Positions 38,709 to 50,396 are shown, counted from the stretch's first letter. The stretch: 57,649 bases of DNA from Actinomycetes bacterium (GCA_021793235.1 JAJYTD010000024.1:1-57649), one strand, 5' to 3'. Translations and numbers: made by a program. Notes: generated by a model from the letters alone, not told the origin.

Positions 38709-38733
38709 CCGCCCGGCTACCCGGACACCTTGG

Positions 38734-39165
38734 TCACCCCTCCTGATCGAGGATTCCGTCGATCATGTCGTCGAGGACCAGGCTGAGATCCTTGTCGACC
38801 AGCAGCCGCAGCTCGTGGAGCGCGTCGCTGGTATCGACCCTGTCTCCCGCGCGGCCCTTGATCACGCACAGCCGTGCTGTCTCCCGTGTCGGGATATTGA
38901 GAAACCCCAGTTCGTTCGGTGGCGCCAACTCGTACAGGTTCACCGGATAGCGGGTGTGGCGGGTGCGCCACAGCTCGTGGCGGGCCAGAACGAACCCGTG
39001 CAGCAGGGAATCGAAGATCCCGCCCGGCTCAAGGTCGGCCTGGGCATCCTGATCGGCCAGGTGGCGGCATTCGTCGCAGTTGGCTAGCTCTGCCTTGAGG
39101 AGGCGGCGCGCGGCGGGGTGGGTGACGTGTTCGGCGTTGAGCTTGCTGGGGTGACGGTGCGCCAT
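38734..39165 (-). CDS. Hypothetical protein (CxxC-containing, about 144 aa)
   Basis: The C-terminal 144 aa of the track ORF have plausible composition (ELANCDECRH...). The N-terminal extension was rejected. Confidence 0.35.
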   Translation of the reverse strand: MAHRHPSKLNAEHVTHPAARRLLKAELANCDECRHLADQDAQADLEPGGIFDSLLHGFVLARHELWRTRHTRYPVNLYELAPPNELGFLNIPTRETARLCVIKGRAGDRVDTSDALHELRLLVDKDLSLVLDDMIDGILDQEG

Positions 39166-39526
39166 GCGGATCAGGCTACGCGAGCGCTTTGACCGTGCCG
39201 TAAGCGTTCCTGACCGCGCGCTCGCTGACGCTTCTATGTCGAGCAGGGGGTGGAGGTTGCGGCAATGGGGCGGAGCCGGCTTGCCGCTGAGCAGACGGGT
39301 ACCCTCCCCCGGAGCCGTGGTGGCGGTCTGGTTTTCGAGGTGGCCGGTGTGTGCGGCGGCAAGCCGGCGCTCCTCGCTGCGCTCGGACGTGCCCCATTGC
39401 CGCGACCGGGAAGGCCGGCTCTCCACCGCTCCGATGCCGGCTGCTGTGGCCACACTGGACGCCGCTGTGTGGGTAGGGCTTGGGGACAGCGGCGTGAACA
39501 TGGGCTAGACGAGGGGATAGACGACC

Positions 39527-40573
39527 ATGCGTGCTCTGACAGTGGTGCCGCAGCAGGCCGGCTCGGTGCGGGTGAGAGAAGTCGAAGCGCCTGTCGCAGG
39601 AGAGGGCGAGCTGCTCGTCGACGGCGTGGCGCTGGGGATCTGCGGCACCGACCAGGAGATCGCCAGAGGCGAGTACGGTTCGGCGCCGCCTGGCGAGGAA
39701 CACCTGATCCTGGGGCACGAATCGCTCGGCCGGGTGCGCCAGGCGCCGCAGGGCAGCGGCTTTACACCGGGCGATCTGGTGGTCGGTGTCGTGCGGCGGC
39801 CCGACCCCGAACCGTGCGGGGCGTGCGCGCGCGGCGAGTTCGACATGTGCCGCAACGGCCGGTTCACCGAACGCGGCATCAAGGAGATCCACGGCTACGG
39901 CTCGCAGCAGTGGACGGTGGCAGCCGACTACGCGGTCAAGCTCGACCCCGCGCTGGAACGTGTCGGCGTGCTCCTGGAGACCGCCTCGGTCGTCGCCAAG
40001 GCGTGGGAGCAGATCGAGCGGATCGGCGGCCGGGCCTGGTTCGAACCGCGCCGCCTGCTCGTCACCGGCGCCGGCCCGATCGGGCTGCTGGCCGCCCTGC
40101 TCGGTGTCCAGCGCGGCCTTGACGTGCATGTCCTCGACCGGGTGGAGACGGGGACCAAACCGCAGCTGGTAGCCGACCTCGGGGCGACCTACCACACCGG
40201 AAGCATCGCCGATATCGCCGCCAAGGGCGAGCCGGACGTGGTCATCGAGGCCACCGGCGCCTCCAGCCTCATCCTCGACGCGTTGGCCCACAACGCGCAC
40301 TACGGGATCGTCTGCCTCACCGGTCTCTCATCGAGCGGCCGCAAACTCAGCATCGACGCGGGTGAGCTCAACCGCGAGATCGTCCTGGAGAACGACGCGC
40401 TCTTCGGGTCGGTCAACGCCAACCTGCGCCACTACGAACTGGCCGCCCATGCGCTGGCCCGGGCCGACCGCTCCTGGCTGGAGCGGATGATCACCCGGCG
40501 GCTGCCGCTGGACCGCGCGCACGAGGCGTTCGAACCCGGCGGCGAAGACGTGAAGACCGTCATCGACCTGTGA
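39527..40573 (+). CDS. Zn-dependent medium-chain dehydrogenase/reductase (glucose/threonine dehydrogenase-like)
   Basis: GHESLG zinc-ligand motif, structural-zinc Cys cluster (CGACARGEFDMC), Rossmann motif GAGPIGLL. Confidence 0.85.
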   Translation: MRALTVVPQQAGSVRVREVEAPVAGEGELLVDGVALGICGTDQEIARGEYGSAPPGEEHLILGHESLGRVRQAPQGSGFTPGDLVVGVVRRPDPEPCGACARGEFDMCRNGRFTERGIKEIHGYGSQQWTVAADYAVKLDPALERVGVLLETASVVAKAWEQIERIGGRAWFEPRRLLVTGAGPIGLLAALLGVQRGLDVHVLDRVETGTKPQLVADLGATYHTGSIADIAAKGEPDVVIEATGASSLILDALAHNAHYGIVCLTGLSSSGRKLSIDAGELNREIVLENDALFGSVNANLRHYELAAHALARADRSWLERMITRRLPLDRAHEAFEPGGEDVKTVIDL

Positions 40574-40767
40574 GCCGCCGGGGTGCCCCCGGCACTGGTG
40601 CTTCTTGGCTTTGTGGGGAAGCCGGGCGGGGGTATGGCAGGGACCTGTCTCTCCTCGTGCCGATCTCGGGAGAACTTCCCTCTCCGGCGCTGTTGAGGGG
40701 GAATTCGCCCCGAGATCGGCGCACACCCCCGCTCCCGCCCCGGGCCTCCTGGCGATTGGTCAGAGCG

Positions 40768-40860
40768 GGTCACCCCCACGTGCGTGGGGCGCGGATGTGT
40801 CCCTCCCGGTCCTGCTGGGCGAAGCCCGACTTACCCCCACCTGCGTGGGGCTCGGATAGA
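40768..40860. repeat. Pair of about 29-bp direct repeats with an internal hairpin, 61-bp periodicity (CRISPR-repeat-like; no cas genes)
   Basis: Seen: ggTCACCCCCACGTGCGTGGGGCGCGGATg at about 40768 and ctTACCCCCACCTGCGTGGGGCTCGGATa at about 40829. 26 of 28 core positions are identical. The stem CCCCAC/GTGGGG resembles type I-E repeat architecture. Confidence 0.35.
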
Positions 40861-40981
40861 CGCTCGCAACCGACCCGTGTGCCGGTTCTCTTATGCCGAG
40901 CCGTTCTGTCACCGGTGCGGTGGCCGTGTTCCTCCGCCACCGATCGCGCCGAAGCCGACAGTGGACGGGAGAGTATCTTGA

Positions 40982-41003
40982 TTATCGAACACCAGTTCGA
41001 TAA
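40982..41003. promoter_or_regulatory. Perfect 9-4-9 palindrome TTATCGAAC-acca-GTTCGATAA upstream of the AraC-type regulator
   Basis: Seen about 140 bp upstream of the 41140 start. AT-rich relative to its context. Confidence 0.4.
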
Positions 41004-41139
41004 AAGTGTATTGGCAAGCTTGGGCTCCCCGAGGAATCCGCTCGTGATGGTGTTGCGGCGCTTGTAGGTGTCGGTGACGTAGCTGGCGGTGCGGTCGGCC
41101 GTGTCCGACTGATCTCAGTCATGGCGAGGAAGCAGGAGG

Positions 41140-41844
41140 ATGCTGGAAACCGAGGACCGGCCGTCGGGATCGCCGTATATCGCCCGCGTGTGGCGCAGCC
41201 GCAGCTCCTGCGTCGAGCACATGACGTCAGTGGCGACATCGAATTGGGAGCTTGTCGTGTGGACGCAGCGTGGCCTCGTCCACGCCGCGGTCCGTGGCCC
41301 GGAGACCGCAGCGAGCGCGGCCGACGTGCCCGACGAGTCGGAGTCATTCGGGATCAGCTTTTCGCATGGCACGTCGATGCCGCACCTGCCGATGGCGCGG
41401 CTCGTCGACAGGCAATTGGAATGCCCCCACGTGACCGGGAGAGCCTTCGTGCTCCGGGGCGAGGAATGGTCCCTTCCTGATTTCGAGAACGCCGAGGAGT
41501 TCGTGGCCCGGCTCGCCCGTGAGGGGGTGCTCGTGCGCGATCCGCTCGTGGAAGAGGCCGTCAAGGGCGGGACACCGAGGGTCGGTGCGCGCTCGGTGCA
41601 GCGGCGCGTCGCCGCGGCGACCGGTCTCACTCAAGGCGCGATCCGGCAGATAGAGCGTGCCCGGCAGGCCGCGATCCTGCTCGGCGAGGGGATCGCGCCC
41701 CTCGACGTTACGCACCGGCTCGACTACTACGACCAGCCGCACCTGGCCAGGTCGCTCACGCGCTTCGTCGGCCGCACGGCGACGCAATTGCGGCGAGAAG
41801 ACGCCGCCGAACCCCTGTCGCTTCTGTACAAGACCGGCACCTGA
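41140..41844 (+). CDS. AraC-family transcriptional regulator (C-terminal HTH_18)
   Basis: C-terminal HTH (RSVQRRVAAATGLTQGAIRQIERARQA...PHLARSLTRFVGRTATQLRR). Confidence 0.7.
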   Translation: MLETEDRPSGSPYIARVWRSRSSCVEHMTSVATSNWELVVWTQRGLVHAAVRGPETAASAADVPDESESFGISFSHGTSMPHLPMARLVDRQLECPHVTGRAFVLRGEEWSLPDFENAEEFVARLAREGVLVRDPLVEEAVKGGTPRVGARSVQRRVAAATGLTQGAIRQIERARQAAILLGEGIAPLDVTHRLDYYDQPHLARSLTRFVGRTATQLRREDAAEPLSLLYKTGT

Positions 41845-41967
41845 CCACGTTCATAGCCTGGCGCGTGGCGCGGCACGGGCCCGTGCAGCCGGTTCGTCGA
41901 CGATCAACCCGGCGAACCAATAGCCGACCTGGAGAACAACAACATTCAGCAGGAGAACAAGAGCACC

Positions 41968-42504
41968 ATGGGCAAGATCATCTCGAACTTCTTCATCTCG
42001 CTCGACGGGGTGGTCGAGTCACCGGATGAGTGGCACTTCCCGTACTTCAACGATGAGATGGGCGCCGTGGTGGGCGCCGGCATCGACACGAGCAAGGCGC
42101 TACTCATGGGCCGCCGACTCTATGACGAGTGGGCCGAGTACTGGCCCGGCAGCACGGAAGAGCCGGTTGCGACCCACTTCAACAACGCGTCGAAGTACGT
42201 GATCTCCGGCTCGCTGACGGATCCGGCGTGGCACAACACGACGGTGCTGCCCGGCGACGTCGACGCGGTTCGCCGGTTCAAGGAGGACATCGACGGCGAC
42301 ATCAGCATGTCGGGCAGCGCGGTCACCGTGCGTTGGCTCCTCGCCAACGGACTGCTCGACGAACTCCGTCTTCTCGTGCACCCGATCGTTGTCGGCCATG
42401 GTCAGCGTTTGTTCGAGAACACCCCCACGCACAAGCTTGCCCTCACCGATAGCACCACCCTCTCGACCGGCGTACTCAGCCTCACTTACGTGCCGGCCTC
42501 ATGA
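41968..42504 (+). CDS. Dihydrofolate reductase-family protein (RibD C-terminal domain-like)
   Basis: MGKIISNFFISLDGVVESPDEWHF...LLDELRLLVHPIVVGHGQRLF: typical YwjB/RibD_C family. Confidence 0.8.
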   Translation: MGKIISNFFISLDGVVESPDEWHFPYFNDEMGAVVGAGIDTSKALLMGRRLYDEWAEYWPGSTEEPVATHFNNASKYVISGSLTDPAWHNTTVLPGDVDAVRRFKEDIDGDISMSGSAVTVRWLLANGLLDELRLLVHPIVVGHGQRLFENTPTHKLALTDSTTLSTGVLSLTYVPAS

Positions 42505-42546
42505 CCTCCCCTCACGGCCGCCGCCAAACCATTGAGTAACCGTGCC

Positions 42547-42602
42547 GATCTTGACGCTGTGCACGTAGGAAACCGCTTCCCGGAGTGCACAGCGTCAAGA
42601 TC
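42547..42602. repeat. Extended hairpin element, copy 1: GATCTTGACGCTGTGCAC-N20-GTGCACAGCGTCAAGATC
   Basis: Seen. The 18-bp arms are identical to those of copy 2 at 47667-47722. The loop is 20 nt but of different sequence. Confidence 0.7.
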
Positions 42603-42639
42603 AACGACAAGAACCGCCCACGGGCCGGGCGGCACTCCT

Positions 42640-43020
42640 TCACCGGGGTGTCCGGGCTACCCGGGTCCCCCAGATTCCCCGCGTTCCCCGGTCCTTCCCA
42701 CTCCCACCTTGGCCTGCTCCCGGGCCGGCGCCCATGGTGTGCCCAGCCGGGGCGGCGCCGGAGACCGTGTCGCTGAAGGAGAAGAGGAGGTGCAGCGCGG
42801 CCTGCCCCCGCAGCATCCAGCCGCAGATGGTGGGCAGTCCCCGCTCATGGCCTGCGGCGCTCCACGCGACCGCGAAGATCAGCAGGAATCCGGTGGCCAG
42901 GGCGAGCAGTGAGGTGCCGTGCCCTGCCGTCATCGTGTGTCCGGCGGCGGATACGCCGACGCACACCGCGGCGAACACAGCGGCGCGCGGTGAGCGGGAC
43001 GACGCCGGCGGAGCGGACAC
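42640..43020 (-). CDS. Small hypothetical membrane protein with repeated AGHTM motifs
   Basis: Two TM helices. His/Met-containing repeats (AGHTMTAGHG ... AGHTMGAGPGAG). Strong GC3 bias. Confidence 0.35.
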   Translation of the reverse strand: MSAPPASSRSPRAAVFAAVCVGVSAAGHTMTAGHGTSLLALATGFLLIFAVAWSAAGHERGLPTICGWMLRGQAALHLLFSFSDTVSGAAPAGHTMGAGPGAGQGGSGKDRGTRGIWGTRVARTPR

Positions 43021-43179
43021 GCGGCCATCTTCGCATCGAACTACGGAATCCGATATCCGTTGTACGGCGGTTAATTTTGGCGGATTGCAAATTCCCAGGT
43101 CGCCGATCTCGAAAAAATCGCGGGCGCCAGGAATTTCAGGGAAGGTTCATCTGGTATCGGGGGGAATGCGCAGTAGAGC

Positions 43180-44556
43180 TCATTGGTCTGCCGGTGGACT
43201 CCCATTCGCGGACTGCGGGTGTGAACGTGCGGACACCACCAGGGCGGCCGCCACAGCGGCGAGCGTCAGAGCGGCGAACACCAGTGCCGTCCCCGCGTAG
43301 CCGGCCAGGCCGAGGCCGACGCCGCCGAGCGCGGCGCCCGCGAACACCCCCAGGCTCATTCCGGCCGCGTTGATGCTCAGCGCCGAACCGCGCAGGTCCC
43401 CGCAGCACCGGACGAGAAGGCTGACGACACAGGCTGCGACGGTCGCGTGCCCCGCACCGAGCAGGGCCGTCAGGCTCAGCGCGAGCGGTAGCGACCCGGT
43501 GAAGTAGAAGCCGCTGATGCAGGCGAGGACCGCGAGCAGGCTGAGGAGCAGCAGCCGCTCGGTTCTCAGCCGAGGGCGGGCGATGTTGGCGAGCCGCCCG
43601 GCGAGCAGGTTGCCGACGAAGAAGGAGGCCCCGCTCAGCGTCCAGACCAGGGCGAAGACTCCGGGGGTGAGCTGGAAGCGATCGGCGTAGAACGCGGCGA
43701 GGTAGGACAGGTATCCCATGAACGCCCCCGTCCGCAGGCACCCGATGAGGATCAGCGGCATCGCGCCGGGGATACGGGCTAGTGCCAGGAACGAGGCGAT
43801 GTAGCCGGGCCCCGTGCCGGCTCCCTGGCCTGACTGCTCGCCCTCGCTCTTTCGTAGGACGAACACCACTCCCAGGGCCGCGGCGGTGACAGCGACCGCC
43901 ACCAGGTCGCCGCGCCAGCCCCACAGCACCGCGGGAAGCGCGACCAGGGGAGCCGCCAGCATCGCGGTCATCGACTGGGTGGCGGTGACCAGGGTGGCGG
44001 CCCGCCCTGAGGCCGCGTCGTCGCCATAGCGGTCCGCGGCCGACGCGGTAAGGGCGGGATTCAGTATCGCCGTCGCAGCCCCGACGAGCAGGCAGAACGC
44101 GGCGAGGGCGAAGAATTCGCCGACCGCGCCCACGGCCGCCGATACCCCGAGCAGCCCAAGGGCAGCGGCGGCTGCGCGCGTCTTCGGGACACGATCGATC
44201 AAGGGGGCCAGGCTGACGCCGACGACCAGGGCGGCAAGGCCGCCAAGCCCGCGGAGTCCGCCCATCGCGGCCACGCTGCTGCCCGCCGTCTCCGAAATCG
44301 GCACCAGAAAGGTGCTGAAGACGGTGAACGGCAGCAACCCGACTGCCGAGGCGAGCAGGATCGGCCCCAGGGCGGCGGCCATCCGCAGGTCGCCGGGGAC
44401 CGGTCCGTCGGTCGGAGCAAGACCCGTACCGGCCGCCTTCTCGCCGGGGGTAGGGGTTTCGGCGTTCGGCCGGGCGGATTCGGTGCTCACGACGGCCCCA
44501 CTCTCCTTTCCGTTAGTGGTGGCGCGCTGCCGGGGCCGCGGAAACCGGGTGGTCAC
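43180..44556 (-). CDS. MFS transporter (last gene of the ABC uptake operon)
   Basis: 12-TM hydrophobicity. Its GTG start overlaps the stop of the upstream substrate-binding gene (GTGA). Confidence 0.75.
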   Translation of the reverse strand: MTTRFPRPRQRATTNGKESGAVVSTESARPNAETPTPGEKAAGTGLAPTDGPVPGDLRMAAALGPILLASAVGLLPFTVFSTFLVPISETAGSSVAAMGGLRGLGGLAALVVGVSLAPLIDRVPKTRAAAAALGLLGVSAAVGAVGEFFALAAFCLLVGAATAILNPALTASAADRYGDDAASGRAATLVTATQSMTAMLAAPLVALPAVLWGWRGDLVAVAVTAAALGVVFVLRKSEGEQSGQGAGTGPGYIASFLALARIPGAMPLILIGCLRTGAFMGYLSYLAAFYADRFQLTPGVFALVWTLSGASFFVGNLLAGRLANIARPRLRTERLLLLSLLAVLACISGFYFTGSLPLALSLTALLGAGHATVAACVVSLLVRCCGDLRGSALSINAAGMSLGVFAGAALGGVGLGLAGYAGTALVFAALTLAAVAAALVVSARSHPQSANGSPPADQ

Positions 44557-45572
44557 CGGCCGATCGAGCGCAGGTACTCGGCGAGCTTCTCCGCGGCGTC
44601 GACGTTGCGCGGACCGCTGACGGCCTCGCCGTAGTCGATGATGTGGAAGCGCTCCTCTTCGACGGCCGGCACCGATTTCAGCCCGGGAAAGGACTTCAGG
44701 AACGCGATCTTCTCCTCTACGGGCTGGTCGCCGTAGTCCACGACCGCGATGACCTCCGGTTCGGCTCTGATGACGCTTTCCCAGCCGACCGTGGTCCAGC
44801 GTTGGTCGAGGTCGGCGAAGATGTTCTCGCCGCCCGCGGCTTCGATGATCTCGTTCGGTGCGGCCTGCCCGCCGGAGGTGAAGGGCTGGTCGGTTCCGGA
44901 GTCGTAGAGGAACACGTTCGCGGGGTCGCCCTTGGGGTGGGTCTCCTCCAGCACGGCGATGCGCTCTTGCAGGTCGGCGACCAGTTCGTCGGCGCGGTCC
45001 TCGACGTGGAAGATCGCGCCGATGTCACGGAGGTCGGTGTAGAGCGCTTCCAGCGGAGGGATCGTGACCGGGGTGTCGCCGTAGTCGAAGCAGCTTTCGG
45101 TGAACATGTAGCTCTGGATGCCGACCTCCTCCAGCAGTTCGGGAGTGATACCGCGTTCTTCGCTGAACCCCGAGTTCCAGCCGGCGAGGACCCAGTCCGC
45201 CTTCGCGTCGACTACGATCTCCCGGCTGATCACGTCGGTGCCGAGGACTTCCACCGCGTCGTAGCTCTCCTTGTAGGGGGAGCGGGAGACCGGTTCGTCG
45301 GCGGTGGAGGGCATGACGTAGCCAGCCATCTGATCGGCCAGCCCCAAGGCGAACATCTTCTCGGTGGCGCTCATGTCATAGGCCACCGGCCGCTGCGGCA
45401 TCGGGTACTCGACCTCTTCGCCGCAGTTGGCGATGGTGACGGTGTGTTCGGTGGTGGAACCGCCTTCGACTTCGGCGCCGCACGCGGTGGTCAGTACGCA
45501 CAGTGACGCGAGCGGCAGCACGGCTCGGCGTACGGAGAGCAGGCGGTTCCTCGGCGTTCTCGGCAGGGTCAT
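44553..45572 (-). CDS. ABC transporter substrate-binding lipoprotein (siderophore/cobalamin TroA-like family)
   Basis: Signal peptide + lipobox (VLTTACG). Periplasmic binding-protein fold typical of FecB/FhuD-like proteins. The start was trimmed to Met 45572, which overlaps the ATPase stop. Confidence 0.85.
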   Translation of the reverse strand: MTLPRTPRNRLLSVRRAVLPLASLCVLTTACGAEVEGGSTTEHTVTIANCGEEVEYPMPQRPVAYDMSATEKMFALGLADQMAGYVMPSTADEPVSRSPYKESYDAVEVLGTDVISREIVVDAKADWVLAGWNSGFSEERGITPELLEEVGIQSYMFTESCFDYGDTPVTIPPLEALYTDLRDIGAIFHVEDRADELVADLQERIAVLEETHPKGDPANVFLYDSGTDQPFTSGGQAAPNEIIEAAGGENIFADLDQRWTTVGWESVIRAEPEVIAVVDYGDQPVEEKIAFLKSFPGLKSVPAVEEERFHIIDYGEAVSGPRNVDAAEKLAEYLRSIGR

Positions 45573-46363
45573 GGGCGGGTTCCTTCCCGGGGGGCCTCGG
45601 TGTCGAGGTCGTGGAGCAGGCGGGGTTCGCCGGTGGCGGGATGGGTGACGACGGTGACCGCCACCCCGAAGACCTTCCGGATGTATTCGGGGGTGAGCAC
45701 CTCGGCGGGCGGGCCGATGGCGACGAGGGCGCCGTCCTGGAGTAGGGCGAGCCGGTCGCAGGCGGCCGCGGCAAGGTTGAGGTCGTGCAGTGCCACCAGG
45801 ACGGTGAGGCCAGAGCCGCGCAGGAACGACAGGAGGTCGATCTGGTGGCGTATGTCCAGGTGGTTCGTTGGCTCGTCGAGCACGAACACCCGGGGCTCCT
45901 GTACCAGCGCGCGGGCGATGAACACGCGCTGCCGTTCTCCGCCCGACAGCGTCAGCACACTTTGTTCGGCCAGGTGCGCGGTAGTGGTGCGGAGCATCGC
46001 CTGGTGGCACAGTTCTGTTTCCCGGGGGCTGAGGGCCTGGTTGCCCCGGGTGTGCGGGGATCGGCCCAAGGCCACGATCTCCCGCACAGTGAAGTCGAGT
46101 TCGGCCGTACTCTCCTGCGTGAGAGCGGCCACCCAACGGGCGCTATCACGCAGGGACAGTGAGATGAGGTCGGTGCCGTCCAGCAGCACCGCACCGGCGG
46201 TGGGGCGCAGGGCACGGTAGACGCAGCGCAGGACAGTGGACTTGCCGCTGCCGTTGGGGCCGAGCAGTCCCACGACCTCGCCGCTGCCGATGTCCAGGTT
46301 CAGGTCATGGACCAGGAACCGGCCGTCGGCCTCCACCGATATCCCGTCGAGTGCCAGTCGCAT
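45569..46363 (-). CDS. ABC transporter ATP-binding protein (FecE-like)
   Basis: Walker A GPNGSGKST, signature LSGGERQRV, Walker B VFVLDEPT. Confidence 0.9.
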   Translation of the reverse strand: MRLALDGISVEADGRFLVHDLNLDIGSGEVVGLLGPNGSGKSTVLRCVYRALRPTAGAVLLDGTDLISLSLRDSARWVAALTQESTAELDFTVREIVALGRSPHTRGNQALSPRETELCHQAMLRTTTAHLAEQSVLTLSGGERQRVFIARALVQEPRVFVLDEPTNHLDIRHQIDLLSFLRGSGLTVLVALHDLNLAAAACDRLALLQDGALVAIGPPAEVLTPEYIRKVFGVAVTVVTHPATGEPRLLHDLDTEAPREGTRP

Positions 46364-47488
46364 TCACCGGCCCCCGAACAGGTAGCTCCGGCGCCGCATG
46401 AGGGTGATGAAGACCGGTACCCCGATCAGTGCGGTGATGACGCCGAGAGGAAGCTCCTGCGGTGCGACCAGAGTGCGGGAGACCAGGTCCACCCAGACGA
46501 GGAAGAGGGCGCCGGCCAGAGGGGCGACGGCCAGGACCCGGGCATGGCCGGAGCCGACCACCATCCGGACGAGGTGGGGCATCACCAGTCCGACGAAGCC
46601 GATGGCGCCGCTGACGGCCACCACCGCTCCCGTGACCAAGGCGGTGAGCAGGAAGAGCCGGCGCCGCAGCGCCTCCGTGTGCACGCCCAGACTGGCGGCG
46701 GTCTCGTCGCCCAGTGCCAGCACGTCCAGCGACCGGCTGCTGCGCCGCAGCAGCACGAGTGCGGCCAGCACCGCGGACCCGGCGAGGGGAAGCGAGCCCC
46801 AGGTGGCCGCGCCCAGGCTGCCCATCAGCCAGAACAGGACGGTCCGGGCTGCTTCGCCGTCTTTGGACAGGAAGACGATCACGCTCATCACGGCCTGGAA
46901 GCCGAACGCCATGGCGACCCCGGTCAGGACCAGCCGCAGTGGGCTGAGGCCGCCACGGCTCTGCGCGGCGAGGTAGACCAGGATCGAGGCGCCCAGCGCG
47001 CCCAGGAAGGCCGCCGCCGACAGGGCGTAGACGCCGAGCGCCCCGAACGCCCCGAAGACGACCACCGACGTGGCGCCGACCGAAGCACCGGAGGAGACCC
47101 CCAGCACGAACGGGTCGGCCAGGGCGTTGCGGACCAGCGCCTGCACCGCCACCCCGATGATGCCAAGCCCGGCGCCCACCACCGCGGCCAGCAGAACGCG
47201 CGGGGTTCGGACCGCCCAGATGATGGTGTAGTCGGAGACCTCATCGGGGCGGATGGTGCCGTTTGTCAGGGCGGCGCCGATGTAGCGCAGCGTGTCCCCG
47301 GCGGGCATGGTCGCCGGGCCCAGGGAGATGGCGGCGACAACGGACACCGCCAGGGCGGTGGAGAGGACGGCCACGGTGAGCGCCAGTCCGCTCCGGGCTG
47401 TGCGGGCCATCCGGTGTTCCTCGCGGTTCGCCGCGGCGGGGCCGGTCGGTTGGAGGGGGTCGGTGGTGGGTTCAGTGGTCGCGGGCAT
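46364..47488 (-). CDS. ABC transporter permease (FecCD family)
   Basis: FecCD-type hydrophobic profile and motifs (LTGVAMAFGFQAV...LIGVPVFITLM). The start is possibly Met at about 47410. Confidence 0.9.
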   Translation of the reverse strand: MPATTEPTTDPLQPTGPAAANREEHRMARTARSGLALTVAVLSTALAVSVVAAISLGPATMPAGDTLRYIGAALTNGTIRPDEVSDYTIIWAVRTPRVLLAAVVGAGLGIIGVAVQALVRNALADPFVLGVSSGASVGATSVVVFGAFGALGVYALSAAAFLGALGASILVYLAAQSRGGLSPLRLVLTGVAMAFGFQAVMSVIVFLSKDGEAARTVLFWLMGSLGAATWGSLPLAGSAVLAALVLLRRSSRSLDVLALGDETAASLGVHTEALRRRLFLLTALVTGAVVAVSGAIGFVGLVMPHLVRMVVGSGHARVLAVAPLAGALFLVWVDLVSRTLVAPQELPLGVITALIGVPVFITLMRRRSYLFGGR

Positions 47489-47573
47489 GCCGGACCCCGG
47501 GTGTCGTCATCGTCAGACCTCCGCATGGTGCCTCGGTGCCCCTGTGCCGGGGCCTCTGCGAGCTTCACAGAAA

Positions 47574-47588
47574 TGAAAATCATTTTCA
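47574..47588. promoter_or_regulatory. Zur-box-like 7-1-7 palindrome TGAAAAT-C-ATTTTCA upstream of the ABC permease
   Basis: Seen 86 bp upstream of the permease start. It matches the actinobacterial Zur operator consensus (TGAAAATGATTTTCA-type) as I recall it. Confidence 0.5.
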
Positions 47589-47666
47589 ATGTGGAGAAAG
47601 GAGATGTGACGCGGGTCTCGAAGGCCAGGGCGACCTTTCCATGTGCTTCTCCGAGGGACCCGCACT

Positions 47667-47722
47667 GATCTTGACGCTGTGCACCTTAAAACACGCGTTC
47701 GTACGTGCACAGCGTCAAGATC
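47667..47722. repeat. Extended hairpin element, copy 2: GATCTTGACGCTGTGCAC-N20-GTGCACAGCGTCAAGATC
   Basis: Seen. It lies immediately next to the clpB terminator. Confidence 0.7.
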
Positions 47723-47723
47723 G

Positions 47724-47767
47724 GCGAAAAGAACGGCCCCCGGTGCGCGTTGGCGCTCCGGGGGCCG
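47724..47767 (-). terminator. Rho-independent terminator of clpB
   Basis: 10-bp stem CGGCCCCCGG/CCGGGGGCCG, followed on the minus strand by TTCTTTTCG, about 17 nt after the clpB stop. Confidence 0.6.
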
Positions 47768-47783
47768 TGGTGTACGGGTCGGA

Positions 47784-50396
<2,613 letters not shown>

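Noticed and set aside
40768-40860. Calling a CRISPR array
   Set aside because: There are only two repeat copies and no cas genes in the window. It is reported as a CRISPR-like repeat pair only.
42547-42602. Interpreting the 18-bp-arm hairpin as a HAIR/HspR site because of CTTGA...TCAAG ends
   Set aside because: The arm sequence (CTTGACGCTGTGCAC) and the 20-nt spacer do not match the CTTGAGT-N7-ACTCAAG consensus. One copy is downstream rather than upstream of clpB.
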